IMG/VR virus record: IMGVR_UViG_3300017963_000080
Span: 1 to 49,747 of that record
Strand: one strand, 5' to 3'
Length of the DNA: 49,747 bases
DNA from: a virus
Lineage: Duplodnaviria; Caudoviricetes
Both the position numbers and the translations under genes were made by a program. How positions within the stretch are numbered: the first letter of the stretch is position 1; every line of letters starts with the position of its first letter. Positions 1 through 8,936 of this stretch are shown here, piece by piece. Below the pieces are notes generated by a model, which was given only the letters and a program-made list of their open reading frames with translations, made no database searches and had not been told where the DNA came from.

Positions 1-123
1 CCAAATTATAAATGAAAATTAACACTGAGAAAATTAAAAATAATGTGGATATTTTAGACTTGGTCTTGAAAGATTCAAATATCAAGAAAATTTCTACGTC
101 TCATGGTGGAGAGTATGCAGGTC
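1..123. repeat. Terminal direct repeat (identical to 49625-49747); circular assembly overlap
   Basis: ccaaattataaatgaaaatt...gcaggtc occurs at both ends, and the primase start is repeated at the end. Confidence 0.97.
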
Positions 124-1199
124 CCTGTCCTTTCTGTGGCGGCAAGGATAGATTTCACGTACAGCCGGAACGCGGGCGCTGGTTCTGCCGAAACTGCCAC
201 GAGAAATGGGGAGATTGCATTGAGTATGTCCGTAAAAAGCATCGCACCTCCTTTCAAGAAGCCTGCAAAATGCTTTCAGGCGAGGAAGCTGTTACTTCTC
301 AAAAAACGGTACCTATAAGACAAAAAAGTAAAAAAAAGGATCTTAGAAAAGTACCTTCCATACTATTCCCAGATGCGCAATGGCAAAATGACGTGAAAAA
401 AATTGTGGCACAATGCCACAAAAAACTATGGGAGAACACAGAAGCCAAGAGATATTTGTACGGTAGAGGTATAACTGACCTTTCAATAGCTGTATACAAA
501 CTGGGGTATAATGAAAAGACTCAAATTATAAATGAACATTATGTTCATGAAGGCATCCTCATTCCATGTTTTGCCGGAGGAGTGTTGTGGTATGTCAAAA
601 TTAGAAACATCGCTACACAGGACAAATCTAAGCGTTATAGGGGTATAAAGGGAGGAATAACAGCGGCAATCTTTAACGCTGAATCCATGTTAGGGCATGA
701 TCGCATAATATTTTGTGAGGGGGAATTTGACGCCATTATTGCGGCACAAAATATCGAATTGCCAGCAATAACATTTGGAGGCGCCACAACTTTGCCAGAT
801 ATTGCCATGTGGGGAAATTTCTTCTCACATGTTAATGAAGTTCTGGCAGCATACGATAACGATGCTGCCGGACAGAAAGGTGTTGAAAAGTTGCGGACTC
901 TGTTTGGCCGGAAGGTAAAAAGGTTGTCACTGGAACCATATTCAGACGTTAATGAATACTATCTCAGCGGAGATTTCAATGAATGGTTGCGAGCAAATTC
1001 GTTCCCTCCTCATGTACCTTGGATTCCGGAATGCATAACAGGCAAGGATATTCGTAGGTTTCAGTTAGGTGTTATTAAACGCGTGAGGCAGGGGATGTCA
1101 TTACAAAGAGCTGAGATAGCTACATGGTGGTCTTATCTTTCTACCTGTCCTGAAAAGATAGAAGTATGGAGGACATTTAAAATTGGAGGTAATTCATGA
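12..1199 (+). CDS. DnaG-type DNA primase (zinc-binding domain + TOPRIM)
   Basis: CPFCGGKDRF...WFCRNC zinc finger; CEGEFDAI and YDND TOPRIM motifs; YL.GRGI. Confidence 0.9.
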   Translation: MKINTEKIKNNVDILDLVLKDSNIKKISTSHGGEYAGPCPFCGGKDRFHVQPERGRWFCRNCHEKWGDCIEYVRKKHRTSFQEACKMLSGEEAVTSQKTVPIRQKSKKKDLRKVPSILFPDAQWQNDVKKIVAQCHKKLWENTEAKRYLYGRGITDLSIAVYKLGYNEKTQIINEHYVHEGILIPCFAGGVLWYVKIRNIATQDKSKRYRGIKGGITAAIFNAESMLGHDRIIFCEGEFDAIIAAQNIELPAITFGGATTLPDIAMWGNFFSHVNEVLAAYDNDAAGQKGVEKLRTLFGRKVKRLSLEPYSDVNEYYLSGDFNEWLRANSFPPHVPWIPECITGKDIRRFQLGVIKRVRQGMSLQRAEIATWWSYLSTCPEKIEVWRTFKIGGNS

Positions 1200-1267
1200 A
1201 CACCAATACAAAAATGCGCTTTCTGCCGAACAATATAAGAAGGCAATAGCATGGCGAGGGAATACCT

Positions 1268-1708
1268 ATGCCCTCTAAAATATTTATTCGCACTACATCT
1301 AATAATGATATGCATGTACGTGGTTTTGTGATAGATCCAGCCTCTTCCATGACGTTTGTATGGTGGGCACCACTTATGAAGACTTCAATCCTTTCGGGAG
1401 ATATGACTAGCTTGAGGCAGCAGCAATATTTAGTATGGTTACGCAAGAATTTTTTGTCCGGAAAACACTTTTCTGACTCAAAACATAATTTTATTGAAGA
1501 GGTCATGGGGTTTTATAAATATGATTGGTCATCATTCCCATTCGGGTTTGCTGTATACAAGGCAATATATGAGTTTGCGGAGCTATTCCTTGATGGTTGG
1601 GATGTTAATTTAGTGTGCAATTGTGACAGCAAATGGTGTCACGGATACATTATTCGCGACGCTATTATTAAGGTTGCACAGAAGCGAAAACAAAATATTT
1701 GCAAATAG
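1268..1708 (+). CDS. Hypothetical protein, DUF4326-like C-terminus
   Basis: LVCNCDSKWCHGYII resembles the L.C.C....CH motif of DUF4326. Confidence 0.5.
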   Translation: MPSKIFIRTTSNNDMHVRGFVIDPASSMTFVWWAPLMKTSILSGDMTSLRQQQYLVWLRKNFLSGKHFSDSKHNFIEEVMGFYKYDWSSFPFGFAVYKAIYEFAELFLDGWDVNLVCNCDSKWCHGYIIRDAIIKVAQKRKQNICK

Positions 1709-2226
1709 TGCTTTACAGAAAACAGAAAAAGCACTATTATAATTCTAACAATAATTCAAGCGCTGTCATACGGCAGAAGGAGGGGAATATGCGACTTACC
1801 AACAATATTGAATTTATAAAGAAGATGTCCAACGGTAGGCTTAATGCGCGGTGTACTGAGATCAGATTGCCCCGGTGGAAGATTGGGGCGCTAAAGTCAA
1901 TTAACGCCTGCAAAACGTCTGGAGAAGCTATTGAAAAGGCAATTGCAATGTATTGGGGCATCTCTGATAATGCTGATGTTCCATGTGTCGATGAGATTAT
2001 CAGTTGGCTCCTGTATAGGTTCACGCCACAGGTGCTTGAACGGATTTATACCAAATTAGGGGAGAAACTACAGGAAGTTTACCCCAGCTTATTTGATGGG
2101 GATCTAAGTCAGCACCAGATCCATCCCAACAAACACTTATCATTGAAAGTCGAATATGGTGAAGTTGAAGTAGGCAAAGCGATCAAGGCAGCAGGTGGCG
2201 TTTGGGATAAACAGCAAAAAGTATAA
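1699..2226 (+). CDS. Hypothetical protein (probable start 1789); C-terminus apparently truncated by TAA
   Basis: ORF with RBS aggagggg before ATG 1789; frame stays open after the stop until 2289. Confidence 0.55.
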   Translation: MQIVLYRKQKKHYYNSNNNSSAVIRQKEGNMRLTNNIEFIKKMSNGRLNARCTEIRLPRWKIGALKSINACKTSGEAIEKAIAMYWGISDNADVPCVDEIISWLLYRFTPQVLERIYTKLGEKLQEVYPSLFDGDLSQHQIHPNKHLSLKVEYGEVEVGKAIKAAGGVWDKQQKV

Positions 2227-2353
2227 AAATTGGCGTATAAAGAAGTCGTGGCCCTGGGGTTAATGGATCGGGTAGTGTCAGACAGGTGAGGTAAAGAGTA
2301 AAAACAGGCAAAATGTCTAGATATAGACAGTTTCAGGAAGTGGAGGCGAGAAC

Positions 2354-3292
2354 GTGAGAATAGGCATTCATGACGCAGACAAAACACGCTTTCCAAATTT
2401 AGCCTTGATGAAGTTGTCAGCGTGGCATAAGGCAAAAGGGGACATAGTAAAGCTGTACGATCCGCTGTTTGCATCATGCTTTGATACAGTCTATTCGTCA
2501 AAGGTTTTCACCTTCACGCCAGAGGATTTAGAGCTTATTGGCAACGTTGAGAAAGGCGGAACGGGCTATAAATTGTTTCATACGTTGCCAGAAGAGATTG
2601 AGCATATATGCCCTGATTACAGCTTGTATGATGTCAACTATTCTGTCGGGTTTGTTACGCGAGGCTGTCCACGTCATTGTCAATGGTGTATTGTGCCGGA
2701 TAAAGAGGGCGATATTCGGAAACATGCAGACGTTAACGAATTTTTGAGACATCAGGACGTTGTCTTGATGGATAATAATATTTTAGCCTCAGAGCATGGC
2801 ATACAACAAATTGAAAAGCTTGCGAAGTTAGGCGTCAAAGTGGATTTTAACCAGGGACTTGACGCGAGACTCATTGACGATCAGGTTGCTCATTTGCTCT
2901 CAAAATTGAGATGGATTCGGTATATTCGTCTGTCATGCGATACGTTATCACAGTTGCCAGAGATTCAAAAGGCTGTGACGTTGCTCCGATGGTATAACGC
3001 GAACCCGGCAAATATTTTTGTCTATTGCCTTGTGAAAGACGTACAAGAGGCTTTAGAACGGGTCAAAGCCTTAAAGGGACTATATCTTCAAGTCTTCGCT
3101 CAACCGTATCGAGATTTTGACACGAATACTGACCCAACGAAGGAGCAAAAGAAGTTTGCACGGTGGGTGAATCATAAGGCGATTTTTAAATCAGTCGCCT
3201 GGAAAGACTATAAGGTCAACGTCAAAGGTCATAACAATGCGTTTGCAGGTGACGCCAACCCGCAGGCGAATTTATCATTGTCTTTCCGGTAA
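2354..3292 (+). CDS. Phage radical SAM protein
   Basis: CPRHCQWC CxxxCxxC motif; FPNLALMKLSAWHK N-terminus; DFNQGLDARL; RBS ggagg. Confidence 0.88.
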   Translation: MRIGIHDADKTRFPNLALMKLSAWHKAKGDIVKLYDPLFASCFDTVYSSKVFTFTPEDLELIGNVEKGGTGYKLFHTLPEEIEHICPDYSLYDVNYSVGFVTRGCPRHCQWCIVPDKEGDIRKHADVNEFLRHQDVVLMDNNILASEHGIQQIEKLAKLGVKVDFNQGLDARLIDDQVAHLLSKLRWIRYIRLSCDTLSQLPEIQKAVTLLRWYNANPANIFVYCLVKDVQEALERVKALKGLYLQVFAQPYRDFDTNTDPTKEQKKFARWVNHKAIFKSVAWKDYKVNVKGHNNAFAGDANPQANLSLSFR

Positions 3293-3365
3293 GGTTTTGT
3301 GGTTGTGTCACGTTTCGTGCCCGCTATCAATGGCAGGTTGGCGCACCTGAAACGCGGCGTTATGA
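3229..3365 (+). other. Integron attC-like site
   Basis: R'' TCATAAC and complementary R' GTTATGA; arms gcgttt(G)caggtg(A)cgccaacc / ggttggcgcacctgaaacgc pair with two unpaired bases; 137 bp. Confidence 0.8.
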
Positions 3366-3390
3366 GGACTTGAGAGGAGGACTTGAGAGA

Positions 3391-4143
3391 ATGGTTGAAC
3401 TCCACAATATAGACTGCCTTGAATTTATGCGAACCATGCAAAAAAACAGCGTGTTCGCTATCGTAACAGACCCACCTTATGGGATTAACCGAGACAAGGG
3501 TTTTGGTGGAGCGCAACCATTTGGAGGGAAAACAGGGCGTAAAATCAAAAGGAAGTCTTACCGGGGTAGTTGGGACTCAAAACGCCCTACTGCTGAACAT
3601 TTCAAAGAAATGCTGAGAGTCGCTAAAATTCAAATAATTTTTGGGGGGAATTTTTTTTCTGATTTGTTACCAGTTGGAACCCATTGGATCGCATGGGATA
3701 AGCTTAATACAATGCCCACATTCGGAGACATGGAACTCGCCTGGACAAACATCAAAAGAAACTCAATTAAAAAGGTAACGTGCGAATATAACGGGTTAAT
3801 CGGGAAGGAAGAAAAAAGGGTACATGCAACACAGAAGCCCCTTAAATTAATGACATGGATTCTGGTAAATTATACTCAAGAAGGGGATGTTATCTTTGAC
3901 CCTTTTACGGGTAGCGGCACGACGGGCGTCGCGTGTGTCAGACTTGGAAGAGATTTTATCGGATGTGAAATTGATGAAGATATTTTTAAAGTAGCAGAAA
4001 GACGTATTCAGGATGCGGCGAAACAAGGGAATCTCTTTGCTCATAACAATGCGCATGAAGCAGAGCAAAGCCCGCCGCGTCAGGTTAGTTGGTTGGATTC
4101 AGTCCGGTGTGGCGCGGTCATGCCACGTGAAGCCGGGGGTTAG
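3391..4143 (+). CDS. Beta-class N6-adenine/N4-cytosine DNA methyltransferase
   Basis: TDPPY motif IV, HATQKP, then FDPFTGSGTT motif I. Confidence 0.92.
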   Translation: MVELHNIDCLEFMRTMQKNSVFAIVTDPPYGINRDKGFGGAQPFGGKTGRKIKRKSYRGSWDSKRPTAEHFKEMLRVAKIQIIFGGNFFSDLLPVGTHWIAWDKLNTMPTFGDMELAWTNIKRNSIKKVTCEYNGLIGKEEKRVHATQKPLKLMTWILVNYTQEGDVIFDPFTGSGTTGVACVRLGRDFIGCEIDEDIFKVAERRIQDAAKQGNLFAHNNAHEAEQSPPRQVSWLDSVRCGAVMPREAGG

Positions 4144-4145
4144 GG
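4041..4145 (+). other. Degenerate attC-like site
   Basis: Starts TCATAACAATGCG like the first site; gcatga/tcatgc pairing; R' uncertain (gtgaag about 4127 or gttaggg 4139-4145). Confidence 0.5.
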
Positions 4146-4375
4146 TGCGACACGAAGTCGCTTATGTTACTGTAGAACGAAGAGTTCTTTGATTCTACCA
4201 TATGTACTGCCATATGTTTCCTAATCCGGCCTGCGTCGTATGGTACTGCCATACGGGGTGGGAAGCCCGGATGACAACGAAGCCCGACAGGCGATGACCT
4301 GTGGAGACTGAACCGTGAGGGGAGGTCAACTCTGGGAGCCTCAACCCGGAAGGGAGCCAGGAAGGATGGTATGGA
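4146..4375 (+). ncRNA. Candidate structured non-coding RNA or leader upstream of the csf operon
   Basis: GC-rich; hairpins gcgac/gtcgc, cgtatgg-tactg-ccatacg, cagg/cctg, ccc-ggaa-ggg; GNRA-type loops. Confidence 0.35.
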
Positions 4376-4383
4376 GAACAGAA

Positions 4384-4833
4384 ATGAATGCGTATGAACA
4401 AGGGATTGCTGATGCGATGGCATCTAGCATCAGCAATGTAGCAACCTCAAGGGACCTTTTCTGGAGCAGACATTGGAGAGAGACCTATCCGAAAGATTTC
4501 TTGAAGCGAAAACTAGGCACAAGAAACATCGCGGAGTTAATGAACGTGGACATCAAAACTGTTTACGTTTGGGTACAAAAAGGTTGGCTAGCTGGCAGAA
4601 AGATAAGTTATCGCAAAGGCAACCTTAAATTTAAGGCGTGGCGTTTTTCTCTCTATGATTTAGATCGTGCGATTTTGCGGATAGAGACGAGAAAACAGGG
4701 CAGGAATTCCGTTGAACATAAGGCGTGGACAGAATTTGAGAAGAAACAGGCAGCATCCGGTATTTGTCCTGAAGGAAGGACGCATAGAGCTTTCCTAACA
4801 ATGCGGTGCCGCCTAAAGAAAAAGGGGGAATGA
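4384..4833 (+). CDS. Excisionase/MerR-like HTH DNA-binding protein
   Basis: LGTRNIAELMNVDIKTVYVWVQKGWLAG...WRFS HTH_17-like pattern. Confidence 0.7.
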   Translation: MNAYEQGIADAMASSISNVATSRDLFWSRHWRETYPKDFLKRKLGTRNIAELMNVDIKTVYVWVQKGWLAGRKISYRKGNLKFKAWRFSLYDLDRAILRIETRKQGRNSVEHKAWTEFEKKQAASGICPEGRTHRAFLTMRCRLKKKGE

Positions 4834-4837
4834 CATT

Positions 4838-6097
4838 ATGAAGAAAAAGGATATAGTTAATTTTTTAAATTTCCTGCAAGATGTAATTAAGCATGAACAA
4901 GTTTTTCAAAAGAAATCGAAGTATGAGGCGCACGACCTTTATGTTTCTCGCCTTATAGTGGCTTCCTCAGAGGGAAATCTGCTAGCACTCGGAAACAGGT
5001 TTTCAGAGTTACTGAACTCTCCACATACGAAAGCTGAAGCCTTAATTAAGGCTTCAGCAAGTGGGAGTGCGAATGAACTGAAAGTCTGGTGTAACGAACA
5101 ACCGAAAATTATTATTGCCTTAGCCTTGAGTACAGAAGATCGCGATTCTTTAATTGATTCCGTACTAGACGCCTATGTTTCCCCTCAACTAAAATTCAAA
5201 CCCATCCATAGACGCCCACCATTCGACGTGAACATTAGAGCCTATGTATCACAAGCATTAAGTCACGGTGACGACGTTAAGGCCGGGAATAGTATCTTGT
5301 TTAGGCGTGGCAGTGTGGGAGGAGGGGTGCGTCTGCCGTATTATTCAGCTAATGCTGTTGGTCATGGGCTAAGAAATGCGTTAGCGGAACATTTTTTGAA
5401 TTTTTTGGGCTTTAGGCTTGATATGAGTAAGCCTCAGTACGCAATATGGTTTCACCATTTTTTATTTAGCGGAGGAATCATGGCAGATGGCGCTATCCCT
5501 AAGCGGTTTGTCCAAAAGTTGCAGGGAGCAGCGGCAGGTGCAGTTAGAAGCGATGGGGTAAGAGAGCTCCGTGATATGTTTCCTTTCTTTTCGTTGCTGG
5601 GGGGCGTCGCCAAGGCTCCATTGGAAGGCAGGTTATACATATACGATCTCAGGCCAGAGTGTGTTGAGTGGGGGAATGGTTCTATCCCCGTTCAGGAGTT
5701 GTTTGATTGGCGTTTTAGCACACGCCATGACACGTACGAAGGCAGAATAAATAAGTCGACTGCTAAAGAGCAGTCGAGTGATGACGGGAATACTTCAATG
5801 TTAGTCAATACGGAGGTATTGAAAGAGGGAAGTATTCTAGAGGGGGGGATCAATGTAAGTCCCCACATAACTGAAGTGGAAAAGGGCGCTTTAGATCTCG
5901 CCTTACAAATCATGAAAGCCAAGGGGAGGTTTGGAGGGAAAAAACATCGAGGGCATGGCCTCCTTGAAATTCAGTATTCTGACATAACAAAAAGGGCGCT
6001 AGTACTGTACCCTGAACCGTATCTGACATACCTCTCTTCTAATAAAAAGACTATTCTAGCATACATCAATAAGATTGGAGCAGAACCATGCATATGA
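4838..6097 (+). CDS. csf2: Type IV CRISPR Cas7-like Csf2 with ~120-aa N-terminal helical extension (possible Cas11-like fusion)
   Basis: LSHG..KAGN.ILFRR, LPYYSANAVGHGLR, FLFSGG, LRDMFPFFSLLGG, GRL, RHD, MLVNTEVL..GS, and G-rich loop GGKKHRGHG. Confidence 0.85.
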   Translation: MKKKDIVNFLNFLQDVIKHEQVFQKKSKYEAHDLYVSRLIVASSEGNLLALGNRFSELLNSPHTKAEALIKASASGSANELKVWCNEQPKIIIALALSTEDRDSLIDSVLDAYVSPQLKFKPIHRRPPFDVNIRAYVSQALSHGDDVKAGNSILFRRGSVGGGVRLPYYSANAVGHGLRNALAEHFLNFLGFRLDMSKPQYAIWFHHFLFSGGIMADGAIPKRFVQKLQGAAAGAVRSDGVRELRDMFPFFSLLGGVAKAPLEGRLYIYDLRPECVEWGNGSIPVQELFDWRFSTRHDTYEGRINKSTAKEQSSDDGNTSMLVNTEVLKEGSILEGGINVSPHITEVEKGALDLALQIMKAKGRFGGKKHRGHGLLEIQYSDITKRALVLYPEPYLTYLSSNKKTILAYINKIGAEPCI

Positions 6098-6825
6098 TTA
6101 ATTTGGTAGCATCAGCCTTCCCTCATGGATGGATTTCTGGACTCACCAGTCACGCAACAGAACATGGTGTTTGTTGCGTGACTGGTGAATATTGTGAAAC
6201 AATTCCACGTAAAAGTGTAATAACAAGTTCTTTTGGGGATACGGATAGATTGATAGCCCCATATTCTAATAGGATAAGCCTCGATGCTTATATCGCATTT
6301 AAGGGCGGATATTTCGGGGCAAACGAAGACGGCTCCCCAAAAAAAATCAGGAAAAAACCTGAATCCATGTCTTGCTGGTGGTGTGATGGCAACAGGTTTG
6401 AGGAATTGGATAAAGCTGGCATCCGCAAAAAACTCTTCGTTGGGAGCCAAGGTGCGTGTTGGGGGGGGTATGTAACAACATCGTACAAAAAGCATGGATC
6501 GCTAAGGGCTCCTATAAACATAGAAGCTTTTGGCGCATGGGCATTCAATGACAATCTAGCATACATGGTATGCCCAGAAGAAAATCGCTGGATATGGAGC
6601 ATACTAAGAGAAGCGCAAGCAAAAGGGGTCTCACGAAATTTCCTGGCCGGGGAAGATATGACAATGAAATGCGTTGAGGGGCAAGAGCTTAGCTACATTA
6701 TCAGGCTTGAGTCTTTCATAAAAGGATGGATGTATTCTCATCGTTACCAGCTATTGTGCTACCTCCTGCCGTCAAAACAAGAGATCGAAGAGGGGTTTAT
6801 TGATTATGCGAATTTGTCTAATTGA
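6094..6825 (+). CDS. csf1: Type IV Cas8-like Csf1
   Basis: N-terminal C.VTG, SFGDTDRLIAPYS, TTSYKKHGSLRAPIN; ATGA overlap with the csf2 stop. Confidence 0.75.
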   Translation: MINLVASAFPHGWISGLTSHATEHGVCCVTGEYCETIPRKSVITSSFGDTDRLIAPYSNRISLDAYIAFKGGYFGANEDGSPKKIRKKPESMSCWWCDGNRFEELDKAGIRKKLFVGSQGACWGGYVTTSYKKHGSLRAPINIEAFGAWAFNDNLAYMVCPEENRWIWSILREAQAKGVSRNFLAGEDMTMKCVEGQELSYIIRLESFIKGWMYSHRYQLLCYLLPSKQEIEEGFIDYANLSN

Positions 6826-8086
6826 GGCGACTTCTAATTATGAATACAGAGGTTCCATAGGGGCATTTTACGTCAGACGGGCGCTCGAAAAAAAAGGCTA
6901 TCCTGTTGATGTTTTGCCATATAACTCTAATCGTTTTGGGTATGATGTCGAGTTAGTGAGCGTTCATCATCAAAACGATTTCACAATATTATGCAATATG
7001 CCCAAAAGGGGTAGGATACGTTTAGTCGGAGGTCATGTGACATATAGCAATCCACGTCCCCTTATTCCCTTCTCTGATGCTATTTGCGTTGGCGATGGTG
7101 AATCCTGGGTGGTTAATGTATTGTCCAAGCTAAAAGTACAGTTGCAAGACGACGCTCTTCTGGGGCTGTCAGGCACCATCGTTCCAAAGATATGGAAAAA
7201 AGGGGACCCTCTCCCACAATCTAACTATGATGACATTAATAGCGAAGTTGAGCCGTATCTTAATCGGAAGGATGAACTTTCAGCCTCATGGTATATTGAG
7301 ATAGCAAGAGGCTGTCCGTTCTCATGTTACTACTGCGAACTAGGGAATTCAATGCCGTATCGTTGGCGATCGTTTGAAACTGTGAAATTAGCTTTATCGA
7401 AGTGCGACAGACTTAAAGCTAAAAATGTTACGTTCTTTGCCCCAGATGGGGCGAGTTACCCTTATTACAAAGAGATTCTTGACTATGCTAAGTCATTGGG
7501 CTTTAGGCAGCGATTTGGCAGTTACCGTATCGATACATTTTCCCCGGCGTGTCAGGATATTGATCGGGGGCAGCTAATAAGGGTCGGGATAGATGGATTA
7601 ACTGAAATTACTCGAAAAAGAGTGAATAAGCCCATTTCTAATGCAAAAATTATTTCATTCTTTCAGAGCGCTGTTAGCAATGGTTTTCATAATTTTAAGA
7701 TCTTTCAGATGTTTGGACATCAATGGGAAAAGGTGGGGGATCTCGATGAATGGTTCCATGTACTGGATGAAATCGTTAGTGTAGGAGGTAAAAAACGGAT
7801 TTCATTGCGCATCAAATGGACGCCATTTATCCCTCAGAACGGGACGCCTTTAGAGAGACATAGTATGTACAGTGATTACAACCCTGCAATAGCGAAATGT
7901 ATTAGAGCATGGCACAATCGCAACGGTACTAAGGGCGAGTGGGACATCTATATGGACGGGATGATGTCCCAAAAGACTTGGTGGAAGCAAGTAGAAGCCG
8001 CTAGGGGAGACGAGTTGTTTGTTTTTCGGAAACACGAACATCCCCCAAAAGGATATGTTAATGAAAAATGGAGGGACAATTTATGA
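6806..8086 (+). CDS. B12-binding-type radical SAM protein inside the csf operon
   Basis: LVGGH and D.ICVGDGE cobalamin-binding-like N-domain; EIARGCPFSCYYC; PFIPQNGTPL; overlaps both neighbours. Confidence 0.85.
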   Translation: MRICLIEATSNYEYRGSIGAFYVRRALEKKGYPVDVLPYNSNRFGYDVELVSVHHQNDFTILCNMPKRGRIRLVGGHVTYSNPRPLIPFSDAICVGDGESWVVNVLSKLKVQLQDDALLGLSGTIVPKIWKKGDPLPQSNYDDINSEVEPYLNRKDELSASWYIEIARGCPFSCYYCELGNSMPYRWRSFETVKLALSKCDRLKAKNVTFFAPDGASYPYYKEILDYAKSLGFRQRFGSYRIDTFSPACQDIDRGQLIRVGIDGLTEITRKRVNKPISNAKIISFFQSAVSNGFHNFKIFQMFGHQWEKVGDLDEWFHVLDEIVSVGGKKRISLRIKWTPFIPQNGTPLERHSMYSDYNPAIAKCIRAWHNRNGTKGEWDIYMDGMMSQKTWWKQVEAARGDELFVFRKHEHPPKGYVNEKWRDNL

Positions 8087-8745
8087 GCACTGGCATTTCT
8101 CCCCTTGAAATTATTTTTAAATTAGACGTTGGTGCGGGGACATGCTTTGACATGTATTGTCAACCGCATCTTGATTCCATTATTGCCTGGACGTTAGCTC
8201 CACTACAAGGAGGTGGGGCATACCTTGGCAGGAATGAAAGACCTATTGAATTTCGATTGCCGTTAGCATCAAGGAAGATAAGAGGCCATAATGTTTGGTG
8301 CGCCTCTGCATTGTTTGTTATGGGTGGTGGCGAAGGAATTATTGAAGATTTTAGATCGTTTAGGAAGAAAACAGAAACAAAAGGAATCGAGTATGCGAAG
8401 GGGAATATAAACCTAAAATCCGGCACGTTTCGGGATTGGAATTTCAAAATACAGATATTACACATTACCCATCTTGTTGCCTATGCATATGGGAATGCAT
8501 CGCGAATTAGACAGTTGTTAAAAAGGGTACCTGGAATAGGGTTAAAAAGACATAGAGGTTTTGGAAGAATTGAAGGAGTTGAGGTTAATAAGACAAATAA
8601 CGCCTGGTGTTTTATCCGCGATGGGAAGGCTATGCGTTGGCTGCCAGATGAAAATGGGCTGCGCATGGTTCGCACACAGCCGCCTTATTGGAACAACATT
8701 GATAAGGTGAGATGCTGCGAGGTTGGAGATCCCTACAAATTATGA
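8083..8745 (+). CDS. csf3: Type IV Cas5-like Csf3
   Basis: HLDSIIAW, LPL, VWCASAL, INLKSGTFR, YAYGN, IGLKRHRGFGRI G-loop, MRWLP, PPYW. Confidence 0.85.
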   Translation: MSTGISPLEIIFKLDVGAGTCFDMYCQPHLDSIIAWTLAPLQGGGAYLGRNERPIEFRLPLASRKIRGHNVWCASALFVMGGGEGIIEDFRSFRKKTETKGIEYAKGNINLKSGTFRDWNFKIQILHITHLVAYAYGNASRIRQLLKRVPGIGLKRHRGFGRIEGVEVNKTNNAWCFIRDGKAMRWLPDENGLRMVRTQPPYWNNIDKVRCCEVGDPYKL

Positions 8746-8936
8746 TTGTCGCTACGCTGAGAGGGGACGCGCAAGAATTGGTAGACTTCTCAGCGTCTAT
8801 AGCTAGAAGCAAGCGCGTAAAGATTGAGTACAAAGGGCCGATAAGAAGATTGACGAAGTATGAGGCCCGTGGAAAGAACAAGCCTGGATGGTCTAAGCAG
8901 ACCATCCACATAACTTTGAGGGAGGGCAAGGGATGA
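8742..8936 (+). CDS. Small hypothetical protein coupled to csf3
   Basis: ATGA overlap with the csf3 stop. Confidence 0.55.
   Translation: MIVATLRGDAQELVDFSASIARSKRVKIEYKGPIRRLTKYEARGKNKPGWSKQTIHITLREGKG

Noticed and set aside
1-123. Terminal repeat as a biological direct terminal repeat
   Set aside because: It cuts through the primase gene and is best explained as assembler overlap of a circular or permuted genome.
2224-2226. Genome-wide stop-codon reassignment
   Set aside because: Long genes are intact in the standard code and TAA, TAG and TGA all end clear genes; this is a single case.
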